From Amoebophrya sp. A120 (Eukaryota; Protista; Dinoflagellata), in assembly GCA_905178155.1 (NCBI GenBank), contig CAJINV010000010.1, positions 3,058,587 to 3,122,586 of the forward strand: a stretch of 64,000 nt of DNA, given 5' to 3'. Position 1 is the stretch's first letter; each line of letters starts with the position of its first letter. Both the position numbers and the translations under genes were made by a program. Below are positions 34,964 to 48,600 of this stretch, one piece after another. A model generated the notes under the pieces. The model saw only the letters and a program-made list of their open reading frames with translations. It was not told where the DNA came from and ran no database searches.

Positions 34964-37900
34964 ATGGGCCAAGAGGCGAAATTGACGGCGAAGCTGTCCA
35001 GTGCGCAGGACTGGCGCATCTGGCATCGCGGAGTCACGAACGAGGTCGCTCGTCTCGGACTCCAGGAGTATTGGGATAATCGTCTTGCTGGTAACCCTCC
35101 GGGGATTCCGCAGGCGAACAATACTGCCAATAACGCGGGCGATCCGGGAGAAGTGGCGCGACTTGAAGGATGCCATCTACAAGTCGTGCACCGGGTCCGT
35201 GGAAACGTGGGCCAACAATCAGCACTACATCAACGATGACGCTGCGCAGTTGTTCATGCGTATTCGTGACGTGGGTCGCTTCAATGTTGCATCCCGCGAC
35301 CAGCAGCAGATCAAGACCTCCTCAATCGACGCCATGCACTTCGACAACCGCGACGCGCCGAAGGATGCTCCGACGTTCCTGGCCCAGATCCACGACTTGA
35401 TGGAGATGGCGCCGAGTGTCTACGTTCTTACAAACGGACCGCCTGATAACGCACCTGCGCGGGAATTCTTCCAAAAATCTTCCCAAATCCTTCCAGCACC
35501 CCACCAATGCCCGCGCCCTGTCGGCCCTGAGCGCAGCTGATTTGCCTCATAACTTTTCTGCCTTGTTGGGGTAGGCGAGCCACGGCAACGAGGACCAGCC
35601 AATGCGCTAATGCGCGGCGCGCGCCCGCGCTGTGAAAGATCTGCGCCCGGTGTTTTCCCGGGCTGCTGCTCTGTTGGCGCCCCGTTATGGGCGCCCAAAA
35701 TCGGCAGAAACCAAGGAAGGCGGTGGGCGCCTCGAACGGGCGCCCCCTTTGCCAGCCCCCCCGCGTCGTTTTATCAAGCGCCAACCGATAGAACACGAAT
35801 ACCACTGGGGCTGGTTGGTTGCTATCAGCGCCCCGGCTGCTTGATAAGTCAGTGGGCGAATGCTTTTTATGTGACGGAAAAAACACCACCGACCGCTTGA
35901 AGCCTGCCGGGCATTTTGCAAAATACATCGCAAAAAAAAGCCCGCCAGGCCGGAACGTCCGTGGGCGCGCTACATACAAAAAACCCGCAAGGGGCTACCG
36001 GGCCACCGAAACTGCCCGCCGCGCAAGCGGCCAACGGCCCTACCCTCCCTAGGGAATGCGGTCGGCAGGCGTAGGTAGGCAAGCTGCGTCCAGGGCGGCC
36101 CCTGCGGCACCTCACCGGCTGGCTTTCGGGCCCGGGGGAGTGCCACCGAAGGAAGAATCCCGCTGAAAGGCCTTCCCGATGGCCTTCCGGGAAGGCCCCG
36201 GAAACCCGTCCGAAACCCTTCCCAAATCCTTCCAGAAGGTCCCGGAAATCCTTCCGAAATCCTTCCCAAATCCTTCCGAAATCCTTCCGCCGGCGCTATG
36301 ATCGACCGCCCCGAGCAAGTAGCAGACCAAAAAAAAAAATTTTCTTGAAAAGTGAATTTGTAATGCGCCAAATGTTTCCGGAATCCTTCCGAAATCCTTC
36401 CCAAATCCTTCCACTAAGCCTGTTTCGGGCTCACCACTTTTTTGCTATTTTTTCATTGAAAAAGGCCGCCACTTTTTTGCAACTCGCTGGAAGGATTTCG
36501 GAAGGATTTCGGAAGGATTTCGGGGCCATTCCGAGGCACATCACTCCCGTGCGTTTTTCCTTATTCAAAGGCGCCGCGCCGTTTGTTTCGCCCGGCAGCC
36601 GGCACGCAATCTGCCGCGCGCGGCGCCTGGCCGCCGGCGGGCCCACCTGGCCAGGGCCCCAAGGAGGCGGGTTCGCCGCCTCGCTTTCCTCTGGTTGCCC
36701 TGATGGCATGGCCAGAAGGGCGCCGCCCCCCTCACCAAGACATGCCGCGCCCAGAAAGGGCGGAAGTAAGGCCGCAGGCGTTTTGCTGGCTTGAAGCCAA
36801 AAAGCGACGAAACTTCTATGGCCACCATGCCACCGTGCGTAATGTTATGCACGAGGGCACGGGGGCCGGTGACAATAACGGCCGCGAACAACAGGCCACT
36901 TGGGCTCGAAACGGAAGGCCTTCGCCACATGCTATGGCCCGCCTGGGCCTCCACCGGAGCAAGCCATCCATGTGGGTGCCCGGGGTCGGCCCAGTGGCGC
37001 GCATAATTACAGCGCCCGGCAATTGCAGGCGCTTTGCGTGGTTCGCCGTGCCATGCGGCTCAAAAATTGAGCCCGGCGGGATGCTGTGCGTCAGATTATT
37101 CACCGCCCTAATATAGATGCGGCCCAGGCCACCGCAAGCTCAATGGGGCGCCCTTCAGTTTGCAATCTACTGACGCCCTGAAAAGTTGGGGCGCTGGAAA
37201 CATTTCGGAAGGTTCTTGGAAGATTTTCCCCCAGCTTGCGTTAACAGAGATGGCCGCTTGTAACGTTCCGGAGCCCGGGCGTCCGGCCGAAGATCGTCAC
37301 GCGAAGAACATTCTGGACAAGTTGCCCAAGATGTTTGCGTCGGCCTTCCGCCAGACCATCGACCGCTGCGTGGACGAGTCCGATCACATCACCTTGCAGG
37401 AGATCGGGAACCGTCTCGAGAAGAAGCTCGCGCAGTTGGTCAAGGAGGGGTCCTACAAGATTGAGAGCCCGTCTTTCGGCAAGGCCTTCCCGGTCATCGA
37501 GGAGAAGTCGAAGAAGAACAAGAAGGGAAACAAACGTCAGAAAAATGACGACGATGATGAGGAGCCGGACTCCGCTGATGATGGTCAAAATGCTTCTTCT
37601 GGCATGGTGTTCTCGGCGAAAGCCTTGAAGCGCACGAAAGCCAAAGTTCGTAAGCAGACCGAAGCGAGTGTCCTGGCTGCCCATGGCCTGCCCCCGAAGT
37701 CTAACGCTAAGGGCGGAGGTGGCCAGAAAGGTGGTGGCAAGACTGGTCGGAACCAGAGCACTCCCTACAACACTGTGACCAAACCCAAATGCTGGATCTG
37801 TGGCAAGGAAAACCATAAGGCTGACCGTTGCCGCTGGAATCCTAACAATCAAGGGAAAGGTCAGTGGGGTGGTGCCTGGGGAAACCAGCAGCCGCAGTGG

Positions 37901-37996
37901 TGTCCGCCGGTGAACCAGAACCAGACGAACACGCAGAATCAAGGGCCGGGAGCCGGTGGAAAGCAGGGTGGTTGGGTCTGGCAAGGTCCAGCCTGA
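34964..37996 (+). pseudogene. gag: gag (frameshifted, interrupted by 1.8-kb insert)
   Basis: MGQEAKLTAKL start; zinc knuckle CWICGKENHKADRC near C-terminus. Confidence 0.85.
35449..37241. mobile_element. GC-rich non-autonomous TIR element nested in gag
   Basis: Imperfect ~55-nt TIR (TAACGCACCTG...TTCCAGCACCCCA vs TGGGGCGCTGGAA...CAGCTTGCGTTA), TA (or WTAA) on both sides, internal arrays of AAATCCTTCCS and their inverse. Confidence 0.7.
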
Positions 37997-40900
37997 CTAA
38001 ATGAAGGAGATGTTTACATCTCGGAGTATGGTAGCTGTATGCTGAACTTCGAGAATTTAGAAGAATTTGACTCAAATTATTCTAGCTGTTTTATTGCACA
38101 GACCAAGGACGAAGTGAGCTTGGTCGATTCATGTGCAAGCAAGTACTTATCTAGACACAAGTCAGATTGTGTTGACATCTCGGGCAACGTCTGTCGCATC
38201 AACGGCACGGCCGGGGCTCGTGATGGTTTTGTCGGAAAACTGAAGGAAAACGCTTTAGGTTTACCCTACGGCGTCTACTTTAAGCATCTTCCTAGAGATA
38301 TTGATCGCGTTCTTCCGTGGCTCGGTGAGGACAATCTCAGTGATCGTGGGTGGGATCTGAACTACAACAGCTCTGGCGGCTCTCTCGTCAACAGGGAATC
38401 CGGTCAGATGCTACCAATCAAGAACCACGAGAGGCTGACCCTCCCAGTCCTTGGGTGTGATCTTTTCGTGGTGGGCCTACGGGGTCAGGCGACTAGAGAC
38501 ACCACGGAAGACATTGCATGCATTACAATAGAGGATGGAAAGTATTGCTAGTTGTCATCTTACGCGTCTAGAACAACATAGAAGATTCGGACACTTTCAT
38601 GTAGATGGTCTTGATGTCCAGTGTCCTGAATGCGACAAAGCGAAAGGCGCAAGAAGCTCTCACGCCAAGGAGCGAGACACTAGTAATTACAAGCCTCAGC
38701 CATTGAAACTACTAGCGATGGATTTCGCGGTAGGTATTAAACCGGTATCGATTCGGTCACGCACCTGCGTGCTTGTTGTCATCTGTGATGCCATCAAGAA
38801 GCGTTTCTGTGTCCCTCTTAGGCTGAAAAGTGACTGCGTTGAGGTTTTGGAGGAATTGATCAAAGGCATTCGCAAGAACTACGCTTTGACCCTCGAGGAC
38901 AAGGTGGTATGGTTCGTTCGTCCGTAGGGACAATGAGCCAGCTCTGGGCAGTGACTCCATGACCAAGGTCATGCAATCGCTGCGGGTCGGTGATGCTCCT
39001 ACGGTTCCCTACAACCCAGAGCAAAACGGAACCTGCGAACGCTTTACGCGGACCATATTCGGCGCTGTGCGTGCGATGTTGGTGAACGTGGGCAAGCGTC
39101 TGTGGTGTTACTCGGTCGAGTATGCTGCAGCATGCTGGGACCGCCTTCCGCATAAGTATAGCAAAGTGCCTGAGTACGACGGAAAGACTCCTGCAGAAAT
39201 TCTGGATGAGAGAACTGGAAGAAATAGCTCGAAAGTTGGCACAAGGATGCTAAGGCGTTTTGGTTGTCTCGTTTATTTTCGTGAACAAGTCAAGAAAGGC
39301 GAAGCTCATGAAGCTCCTGAGGGGGGAGTAGAAGTGGTTGCTCCAAAGCTGTCCGCGCCATTTCGTCGTGGTGTATTTCTTGGCCTCTGTCCTAAGTCTT
39401 CGGGCTGGCGGGTTGGGACGGACGTATGTCACGGACGGCCGGTCTGCCGCGGCCGGGACATCGTTGGATGGAATACTCTACCATCGACGTCAAGTTCCGT
39501 GAGGAGTACCTCTTGAAGAATATTGAAGACCTAGTTCCTAACTCTAAAGGTATCTGTGTCGAGTGTGACGCAATCGAGGCCCTATCTAGTGGAGCGTCGT
39601 GCGCGCCATCTCTCCCGTGTGTCGGTCTGATCAAAAGGGCTGAGCACCGGCTGGGGGTGGATGTCTCACTCGGAGCACACTGGCAGGCAGCCCGACGGTC
39701 CTGAAGAGACGTTGGTGGTTGAAAGTCTGGATAGGGAAGATGATTCGGGCCAGATACATCCCGGGCCCGAAGGTGTTAAACCTGAGGAGGGGAATCTGGA
39801 CGATCACCCCACTCACAGCAGCTTATCTAGTCCAAGAATAGAAAGACGAGTCCGTCTCCGGCACGGATTGTGGCTGGCAACCGCAACTCCAAGCCGCGAG
39901 GTCGTGGCCGTCCCAAGGGGAGAAAGGACAAGACAAAGCGCGTGAGACGTACCAAGAAAGAGCTCGCAGAATTGAGGAAAGACGCTAGTGCGTTTGCCGC
40001 AGCAATAGCAGCACAGGACGACAGAGAGGAAGGTGAGGAATTCCTCGACGTCCAGTGTTACTTGACTACATCGGCCAAGTTGGATCCTGCTCGTTGCAAA
40101 GACTCAGTCGAATGGAACGCAGCAACCAACAAGGAAGATTGTAGACTTAAAGCCTATGAAGTGTGGGAGCCAGCTACTGACGAGGAGCTAGCGACCGCAA
40201 AGCAGGTTTTGCCTATTGCTATCCTTCTTACCGAGAAGCGTGACGGTACGAAGAAAGCGCGAGCAGTAGCGCTCGGCAATCTAGATCGTTCGGGCGAGCT
40301 GGACACTTTCGCTCCTGTTGTGTCCCATGCCGCTAGCAGGTTACTTCTAGCCGCTGCAGCCGCAGATGGTGATGATGTGATCCCGTTCGACCTTGATAGT
40401 GCGTTTCTCAATGCCTTACTTGGTCGCGACGTCTTCTGCCGCTTGCCACCCATCTGGGCGAAAACCCACGGCGTGGAGATCGTCAAGCTCAAGAAAGCGC
40501 TTTACGGCTTGGAAGACGCTTCCAGGCTCTGGTATAAGAAGTATGAGGAAGTACTGACCAAGCTAGGTTGGGAGCCCTGTCCCTCTGCGCCAGGTCTGTG
40601 GAGGAAACCGAGCTTGGAATTCCCTGGGAAGTTTCTGAAGTTGGCAGCGTATGTCGACGATAATCTTATCACAGGTCCTCCGACTGGGTCCGAGTTGGCT
40701 GGAGAACTTGCGGAGATCTTGCACCACGTCAAGGGGCGCATGATCGACGTCGAGCTTGTTCCGGAGTTTAACTCTGTGTCCAAGAAGTTCGACTTCCTAG
40801 GGTCAGTAGTGTACTACAACTGGAATCTGCGAACCGTTCGGATCGTGATGTCAGAGCACATATCCAAGATTTGTAAGAAATTCCACGTCTCAGAAGCGGG

Positions 40901-41843
40901 CAAGCCGGTCCACTCGCCAAACTTCGATGAGTCTGAACTCGCTAAAGAAGTTGAAGGAGCCAAAGCTATTGAAGGTTTTCCCCTTCGAGAGGTCGCTGGC
41001 TCTCTGCAGTGGGCTGCTACCACTTGCAGGGTAGACATCGTTGTCCCGGTTGCCACTGTCGCCAGATATGTGGGCAAGCCGGCGACTCGGCCTGTCGTAA
41101 ACGCCTGTAAGAAGATTCTGAAGTATGTATTGACAACGAAGGAGCAGGGTCTGTCGTATAGTCCGGAAATTGAGGAGGAATTCAACAGAATCTACAGCAA
41201 GCTACTGCCCGAAGGGAGAGACTTGCCTGATGTGAATCTGTTTTCGGATGCTAGTTTTGCGAATTGTTGCAAGACCATGCGAAGCACTAGCGGTAGCATT
41301 ATGCACTTCCGTGGCTTCCCGATCTGTTGGCGTAGCAACCGGCAGACCGTGAGGGCGTACTCCACGGCGGAGGCGGAGTATATAGCTGCTTCCGAAACTA
41401 TTGCGCTGAGCGAGCAGAATGACTTTACGGAGTTCTTCAAACCTCTCCCCGCTGTCATGGTGGAAAAGCAGAATGGCTTATCTCCCTCCCTGGATGATGC
41501 CATATTGTGGATCGACAACCAGTCCGCGATAACTACAGCTAAGAGCACAGACAACAAACCGAAATCGAGGCACTACGCACTGCGATATCTCCGCGTGAGA
41601 GACGCAGCGAGCCAGATCATGTTCTGCCCGACCTACCTAATGAAGGCAGACGGTCTGACGAAGCTCGAGTGTAGTGCGCCGCAGAGACGTTTACTCTTGC
41701 ACCATATTGATAACCCCGACCCTAAGTCTTTTATTTGTGACTCCTCTGACGATGAGGGTGATTTAGACACGTTTATTGAGGGGAATCATAAGAAGGGCAA
41801 GGCTAAAGCAGGCTATACTTATTCGATTTGTTTTGGTTTCTAG
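37997..41843 (+). pseudogene. pol: pol: protease, integrase, reverse transcriptase, RNase H (several frameshifts)
   Basis: LVDSCAS; HRRFGH..CPEC; LLAMDFA; YNPEQNGTCERFTRTI; FDLDSAFLNA; KALYGL; YVDD; FSDASFA, RSTSG, STAEAEY, IDNQSAI, ADGLTK. Confidence 0.95.
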
Positions 41844-41920
41844 ATAGGCACAGCGCTCAGGCGGGGAGTGTAGTAGGATTATTCCTGATTAGCACCACCG
41901 CCGCAGTGATTGAGGAGGGG

Positions 41921-42508
41921 TGTTGGTCATGGAAATCGATCCCGCACACACGTAACATGATCGCCCCAAATGAAGCCTGTTCCATGATGAAAATGACTGA
42001 AGGTTCTGACTCAAATCGGCCCCGTAGCATGCTGCTTCGTTCGGATTTTACTTGCGACCGCCGTCCCTGGTAAAACTTTGAGCAAGGACCACGGACCTAA
42101 GTAAAATCGTAAGCCAGGCTCTGTAGCTGGTGACATGATCCTCCAGTCAAATGGTCCCAAGTAGCTCTCCAGATTGTCCGTGCTTTGGGCAGGTCTCCCG
42201 ACCTATACCAAGCCCGGGCCAACACTTTACCTGGGACCTCGTCCCCTGATCAAAACTTTACCAGCGACCCCGTCCGCTGATAAAATCTTTACCAAGACCC
42301 GAGATCCTGACATGTGTTGACATCTGGCGAGAATCATGCGAGAATCTTGATGAATGTGATTGAACTGAACCTACAGGATGTAACGCAGCAAGAGACTTGC
42401 GTCACTTGCTTGCTTACTTGCAATTGGATTGATTCATCTGCTGTTGATAACGAGCTCAACGGAGCAAACGTGTGCAAGTGTGTGCGAGTGTTCTCAAGTC
42501 CACTAACA
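41921..42508 (+). repeat. 3' LTR (588 nt)
   Basis: TGTTGG...CTAACA, preceded by PPT, followed by TSD. Confidence 0.96.
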
Positions 42509-42612
42509 ATAAGTCATAATTTTAGTACCTTAATTTCATCATGCTGATCTTCTTCCCGCAGTTGCTCGACGGATGTAGTTGTCAGTTGTAGTTCCATCAC
42601 TTCTTGTAATCT

Positions 42613-45600
42613 TCACAGCGGGCTGGTGTTGATCATGTTCATGTACCCTTTAAACTCGTCTGGTGAGACGAACAGCCGCCAGTTCACCAGGCACAAGAAT
42701 TGGTACTATGCAATGCAAAAGTATCGCACTCGTAGCAATTATCGCAGCTATGCATTACAGATCTTGAGATCTAGGCGCTAAGGTAGGTACGCATTACAAA
42801 TTTAGTTTGTCATGCTAAGCCAATTTCAATTATTTGTATTGCAATTCATACAAGTACGATACTTTTGCTGTAATTCATAGGTACTCCATGTTGTCGATTT
42901 CTCGGGTTGTCACACCGCCGACCTTCGCGTAGTGCCCGTTCGAGTAGTAAATATCATCCCAGTACTTCGTCGCCACCGTCAACGACGCCAGCTATCCACA
43001 GCAAATTTATTCCCGTACACGTACAAATGCAGTCTCTGCATCATCATCATCATGTAGTGGACACCCGCTCCCAGCGCCACAGGTCAAGGATCCCCTCCCC
43101 GGGGGGTGGGCGAGGAAGCACTTTCGGCGACCTCATCATACAAAAGCCGAGCGCTACCACGGCAAGTCGCCCCAAGAAAAGTACCAACCAGTCGGGAGCT
43201 ACCCACCACACCTGATCGGTACAGCCCAGCCAGCAAGCCGAGCGCGACAGCCCAACATACAGAATGATCCAGGACCCGACCCATTTTACGCCCTACGTTT
43301 TTGTTCTCACGGAAGAGACGACGTACCCCTTTGGGTGAAGGGGCGAGACTCTCCCCTAAGCCGCAGCCCCGCCCAGACAGGGGAGGCTTGAGTCCTAGTC
43401 TAGCATGACAGAACTTGCCTTGAGTCCTAGTCTAGCATGACAAGTTGGACACTTCTGCAAGTTAGCCAAATTTGTCATGCATTTTGTACATGTACGGGAA
43501 TTTTGTATTGCGTACCAGCAACAAGCGGTGCACGTTCCCGCTTCCCAGCGTGATCACGGATCGGTTTAGGGTGACGACACGGTCGATGTAGATGAAGGCG
43601 AGCACGATATCAAGCGAAAAAGCGCATTAGCGTTAGTACTAGCGATTTTCATGCATGGTAGTCCTGCAAGACAGTCAGACACGACAGAGTCAGACCCGAA
43701 CATGCATGCTACGCACTACAACTTCCAGCAGTCGCACCTACTTTTGAAAAAGTGCCTTCATAAATTCAGGACAACAAGTCAAAGTTCGCTAGTAGTGTTA
43801 TCGCTTTTTGGTCCTCTGTGATACACGAAGCACTCGAGGGAGCAGTGGAAATATTTCCGGAGCCGGTCGACGTATTGCTCAATCCCGAGGTTTTATGAAC
43901 TGCAAAAGTATCGCACTAGTAGTGCTTGCAATACAAATTAGCTTAGCATGACAAACGAAATTTTTCATGCTGTTTTACCTTGGGACGGAGATTTGTAATG
44001 CATGATTGCGATTACTACGAGTACGATACTTTTGCACCGGATAGGTTTGGACGCCCGGCGATGTAGAAATGGGCAGCCTGGAGGAAGAGTTCGAAGTAAA
44101 AGTATGCATTGATTCAATTTCAATTGATGCACGTGGTCATATTAAAGAGTTCTTCTTTATCTTGGCATGGAAACAGTATGTTCATGGCGTCAGCAACTAC
44201 ATGTTGACGCATGACAAACTGCCCCAAGAAAGGGCAAAAACTAGCACGAAATGATATCAAGTACCTGATTCGCGTTGTATCCCGATCCTACTCCCCCACC
44301 GGCCGCCAGCCGGTTTCTCGTTGCCATATCGTCCTCCGCCGCGAATTTGGCCATGATCCGGCCCATCTTCACGATCAGCTCGGGCGGGTATGAGGGTGCA
44401 CAACTCCCACTCCCCTTCAGTTGTATTGCATGAACAGCAATACAAACACCAAGATACGTGGAGCCTGAGCATGACAAGTTCATGCGCCGACTGTGGTACT
44501 GTTTGGGCTCCTTCCAGAATTTGTCATGCAAAGGGTGCTACAAGGCAGCAACTGGGTTTGGAGTTTTGCATTTCAAATGAAGGGGAGGGGGAGTTGTGCA
44601 CTGTCATAGCGGGGTGCGCGGCACCTGCGCCAAAGGGTCTATGTACTCCTGCAAATGCGACGACATTTGGTTTTTGCACTTCTGGTTTTCCTTCTTCAAG
44701 TACTGCAATTCCCGGGTCGGACTGCTGGTGGTAAACCGCCGCGCGGTATCAAATGCAAATATGTCTGGAGGGTCTGGAAACTTGTAATGCTGGGCCAAGT
44801 ATGAGAAATATTTTCGCGGCTTAGTGTTGCGCGTTTCGCATGACAGACTGCGTTTTTGCATGACAGGCGAAAGGGTCTCTTGTTGGACCCGCATCACAAG
44901 CTGTGCCTGAAGCTCTTCAGTCATGCCAGACAAGCATGACAAAGCTTGCATACTTCCAGACCAAGAGGACATGTTTGCATTGCATATGCGGAATAGTAAG
45001 TCTCCGCCGCCGTGGTCCTCGGGTTGTTTTCTACCTCGGTGAAATAGCTATGCCTTGCAAATAAACTATCGTGGACTAGTATAAATTGCATCACAAATTC
45101 TGTCAAGTACAAAAATGCAACTTGTCATGCTACTTCGGGTAGAAATTTGGGTTTGTAATGTGCGATTGCAATTACTACGAGGAGTACGATACTTTTGCAG
45201 TGCATAGTAGCTATCTTCCAGCAAAAGCGTGACCTTCTTCGCGTGTTCCAGCTTTTTTTCGTTTTCCCCCCTCTGAATTGTTGCAGGGATGATGGAAAAG
45301 AAGGCGGTCTGATGTTCTTCTTGACGATGTTGTTGGCGTGCGGGCTCTACTTGTGGTAGCAATGCGTGAAGTTGGAGCTCCTGGGGACTACAATTAGTAA
45401 AATTATCGACACCGGTGCCGGTGCGGGAGGCAATTATATTGCAGCTGGTGTTGTACAACGACCCTCCAAACTGCTGGTCCCCTGTAGTTGTTCTACTCCT
45501 GTTTGCAGAAAAATTCGTCCACGAAGGAGCAGTAGCACCAGTTGTTCCGGGAAAAGATGATGCTAACACTGGTGCACGACCACCAGGACCGCCACCACCT

Positions 45601-48600
45601 CCTTCTTCACTAGCACAGTAGGAAGAAGATGTTGCCGCGGTTATGCCGTGTACTACTATCCCTCTCTTTTCTTCTTCCTCACTACGGAGTTTCTCCCGAA
45701 TCTCCTTTCCTTTTTTGTAGCTACACAGTCCGGAAATACCGCCGATAATCCCGTCCACCGTCAAGGGTTCGGGCTGGTGCGTTGGTTCGGTCAGCAGATG
45801 ATTCGGGTGATCACGTGGAAGGACAGGAGATAATGCTGCTGCTGCAGCGGGATCCAAACCTACAGAAGGCAGCTGCTGATCGTGTGCAGCGTCAAACGGT
45901 GCTGTCGGTGGTTGCGGCTGAATGATATGGGAAATCTGGATGCCGTTCACGTGCTGCACAAAATGCTGCTGTTGCTGCTCGTCGATAAAGCTGTACGACG
46001 AACCTTGATGTTGCACAGGAACAGCTGCGCCAGGGTCTCCTGGAGGAACTACGACTTGCTGCTGCTGCTCTGGTTGATGAGGCTGGAAGTTACTGTACAA
46101 GCTGTTGATGTTGTATTGCAGCTGCTGCTGCTGTCCCTGTTGCTCTACTTGCGCGGCTCCCGGCTGTGGTTGGTAAATGCAGAGACCGCTGCTTGCAGGC
46201 TGGTCTACTTGTTGGCCGTAGATTTGCGGAGGAGGAGGAGGTTGAAGGCTGTGGTTTACCGAAACTGCAGGTGGACCTCCACCAGGGTTCTGTTGCACAA
46301 GTGGATTGTAGGTGTGGTGACTGACGATACTGCACTGGGGCGCCGCAGACACCTGGTGCAATAATACGCCTGACGACTGCTGCGTAGTAGCCCCCGCCGC
46401 GGCCACTTGGTTCGCAGTGATGAAATGCTGCTGCTGGTCCCGCTTCTGCTGCACAAGCTGCTCGTCGTGCACGACAAGGTTACTCAAATTGCTGGGCGCG
46501 TTTTGTTGAACTCCAAGCGACCCGGCTGGCCCGACTAAAGCAATGCTTGAGATCGATAACGAGGAGCTCGAGGAAAAGCTGCCCGAGGTGATGTTGTCTT
46601 TAATATTGTCACTTCGCACGACTACGGGCGGAGGATTGCAGGCCCGCTCCACGATCGCCGGAAAGGACCCTGGTCCAGTCTTGCCAACCCAGGGATTGTA
46701 AGAGATTAACCCGGATGATGGAGGCGGTGCTTCAGCAATAATTGCGCTTTGGTGCTGCTGCGTCTGCTGAGCCGCCCCGACAAAAGTTGCTGGGTGGTGG
46801 TTCTGAGACTGCAGTTGTCCTTGCTCAGAAGCTTGTTGTAGTTGCTGATCGCGGTAGATCAAGGACTGCAGCGCGTGCGCCTGGTTGTAAGTTAGGCTTT
46901 GCTGCTCATGGATATAGTTGCCGCTTGTTCCTGCTGCTGGCTGTGTCGGGTGGCACCGATACGGACCGGGCACAGGCTGAAGATGCGAGGCAGCCCAGTG
47001 TGGTTGTGCTTCACTGAGATTTAGTGCTTCAGGAGCACGTCCCAGAGAGGTGTTTGAAAGACCAGGCAGCGATGGGGCCACGTCGAAGTCAGTCGGTCGT
47101 CTGAAGAGCTGGCGCGTCTGCTGATAGTGGTGTCCGTTCCCGTTGTGGGAAGAGCTAGAAGCAGATGAGGGCGGCTGATGTGGTGGCTGGCTTGATGGCT
47201 GCTCCGCGACAGGGCGGTAGCTATGCTGGTTGTAATTCCCGGCCCCGAGAAGTATCCGTTCGTTGTACGCGGCGCCGGTTGTGCTGCAACGGTTGGTGGT
47301 GTCGTTGCTGCAACTCACTGTGGTGTTGATATGTTGCCGGGACGAAGACGAGCGAGCAAGCAGGTGGCCCGCGCTCTGGTCTTGATGGTGCTGCTGCTGT
47401 CGCTGCCCTTGTTCCTGTAGTCTCGGAGCTGGTGCAAACTCGAGGCGGTTGAGGTTCTCCGAATGAAGCAGGTTCGCTGCGATGACTTGGTCAACTGCCC
47501 GCTGGACGTCCGGGTGGCAAGGCTGTTGCGCAACACAAAAATTACCGGCACTGGAAGAAGAGGCCTGCAACTGGTACAGAGGATTATAGTTAATCCGAGG
47601 ACCCACCGATGAAGCTGCTTGCAAATTGCAGTGGTGCTGAGCTCCAAAGGCCTCTCCTCCGGCGGAGGCTGGCGGGGCACCAACGGAAGTCGAAAAAGAT
47701 AGTGACCCGGGGCGGTTAATCTGCTGACTCACAAAGCTGAAATCGGAGCGGTTGGCTACAACTGGTCCACGGAAAAAAGCTGGTGGTGCTGGAGGCTCTC
47801 TCCAAACAGCGGCGGCTCCGCCCCCCGGGATGTTTTGCTGTGCTGCCGGCTGCGGAGCAAAGCCAGAAGACTGTGGCGTTATTTGGTTTTGATAAACGTC
47901 TGCCGAAAACAAACCCCCAGCGTGCTGCTGTCCTTGATGATGCTGCGCCGGTGGCAGCTGGCTCGTTAATGCGTGAACGCCGCCAGTTCCGTGTCCGTGG
48001 ACACTCCTGTAGCTGTATTCGCTATTGAAGCTATAGGACTCTGTACGTGGGATCTGCGGGTATGTATTTTGCTGTTCTAGAGCAAGCCTTTGCTGTGCCT
48101 CAACTGGGAAAGCGTTTTGCTGTTGTGACGTGACGAGACCCTCACCTCGTTCGTCGTGGGTCTTCAGTTTATCTTCCCTCGCGCCTACTGCTCCTTCACC
48201 CGACGAATGGAGAAAGTTCTGGTAGTTTTGCCAAAATCGGTCACCCCGGTGCCCTGTAGATTGAGAATAGTCAGCGCCCCCCTGCGGAGTAAACGCGCCC
48301 TCACGCTCGTCTAAGACCAAGCACGGATGATGTTCTTCTGCAGCAGCTACTGGCGTTTTCGTACTTGTTACAGCAGTCTCGTCCTGTTGGCGCTGCTCGT
48401 CGTGGCAAGAAGCAGACGCGCCGCTGTTGTATCGGGGGTGAGGCACCCAGTCAAGGACACTCGCAGAAGTAGAATCACAGGAGCTACTGTTATCGCTGTG
48501 GTTGCGGGCAGCTTCGGAGCACGAGCTGTGCAACACACGACAAGTATCGCGGCCCTGTGCTGACAATACAACTCGACCGGACGGCCCAGAATTGGCGACA

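Larger units (their letters stand above)
34302..42508 (+). mobile_element. Ty1/copia LTR retrotransposon, full length, frameshifted
   Basis: LTR pair, TSD ATAAG at 34297-34301 and 42509-42513, PPT TGAGGAGGGG at 41911-41920, domain order gag-PR-IN-RT-RH. Confidence 0.97.
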
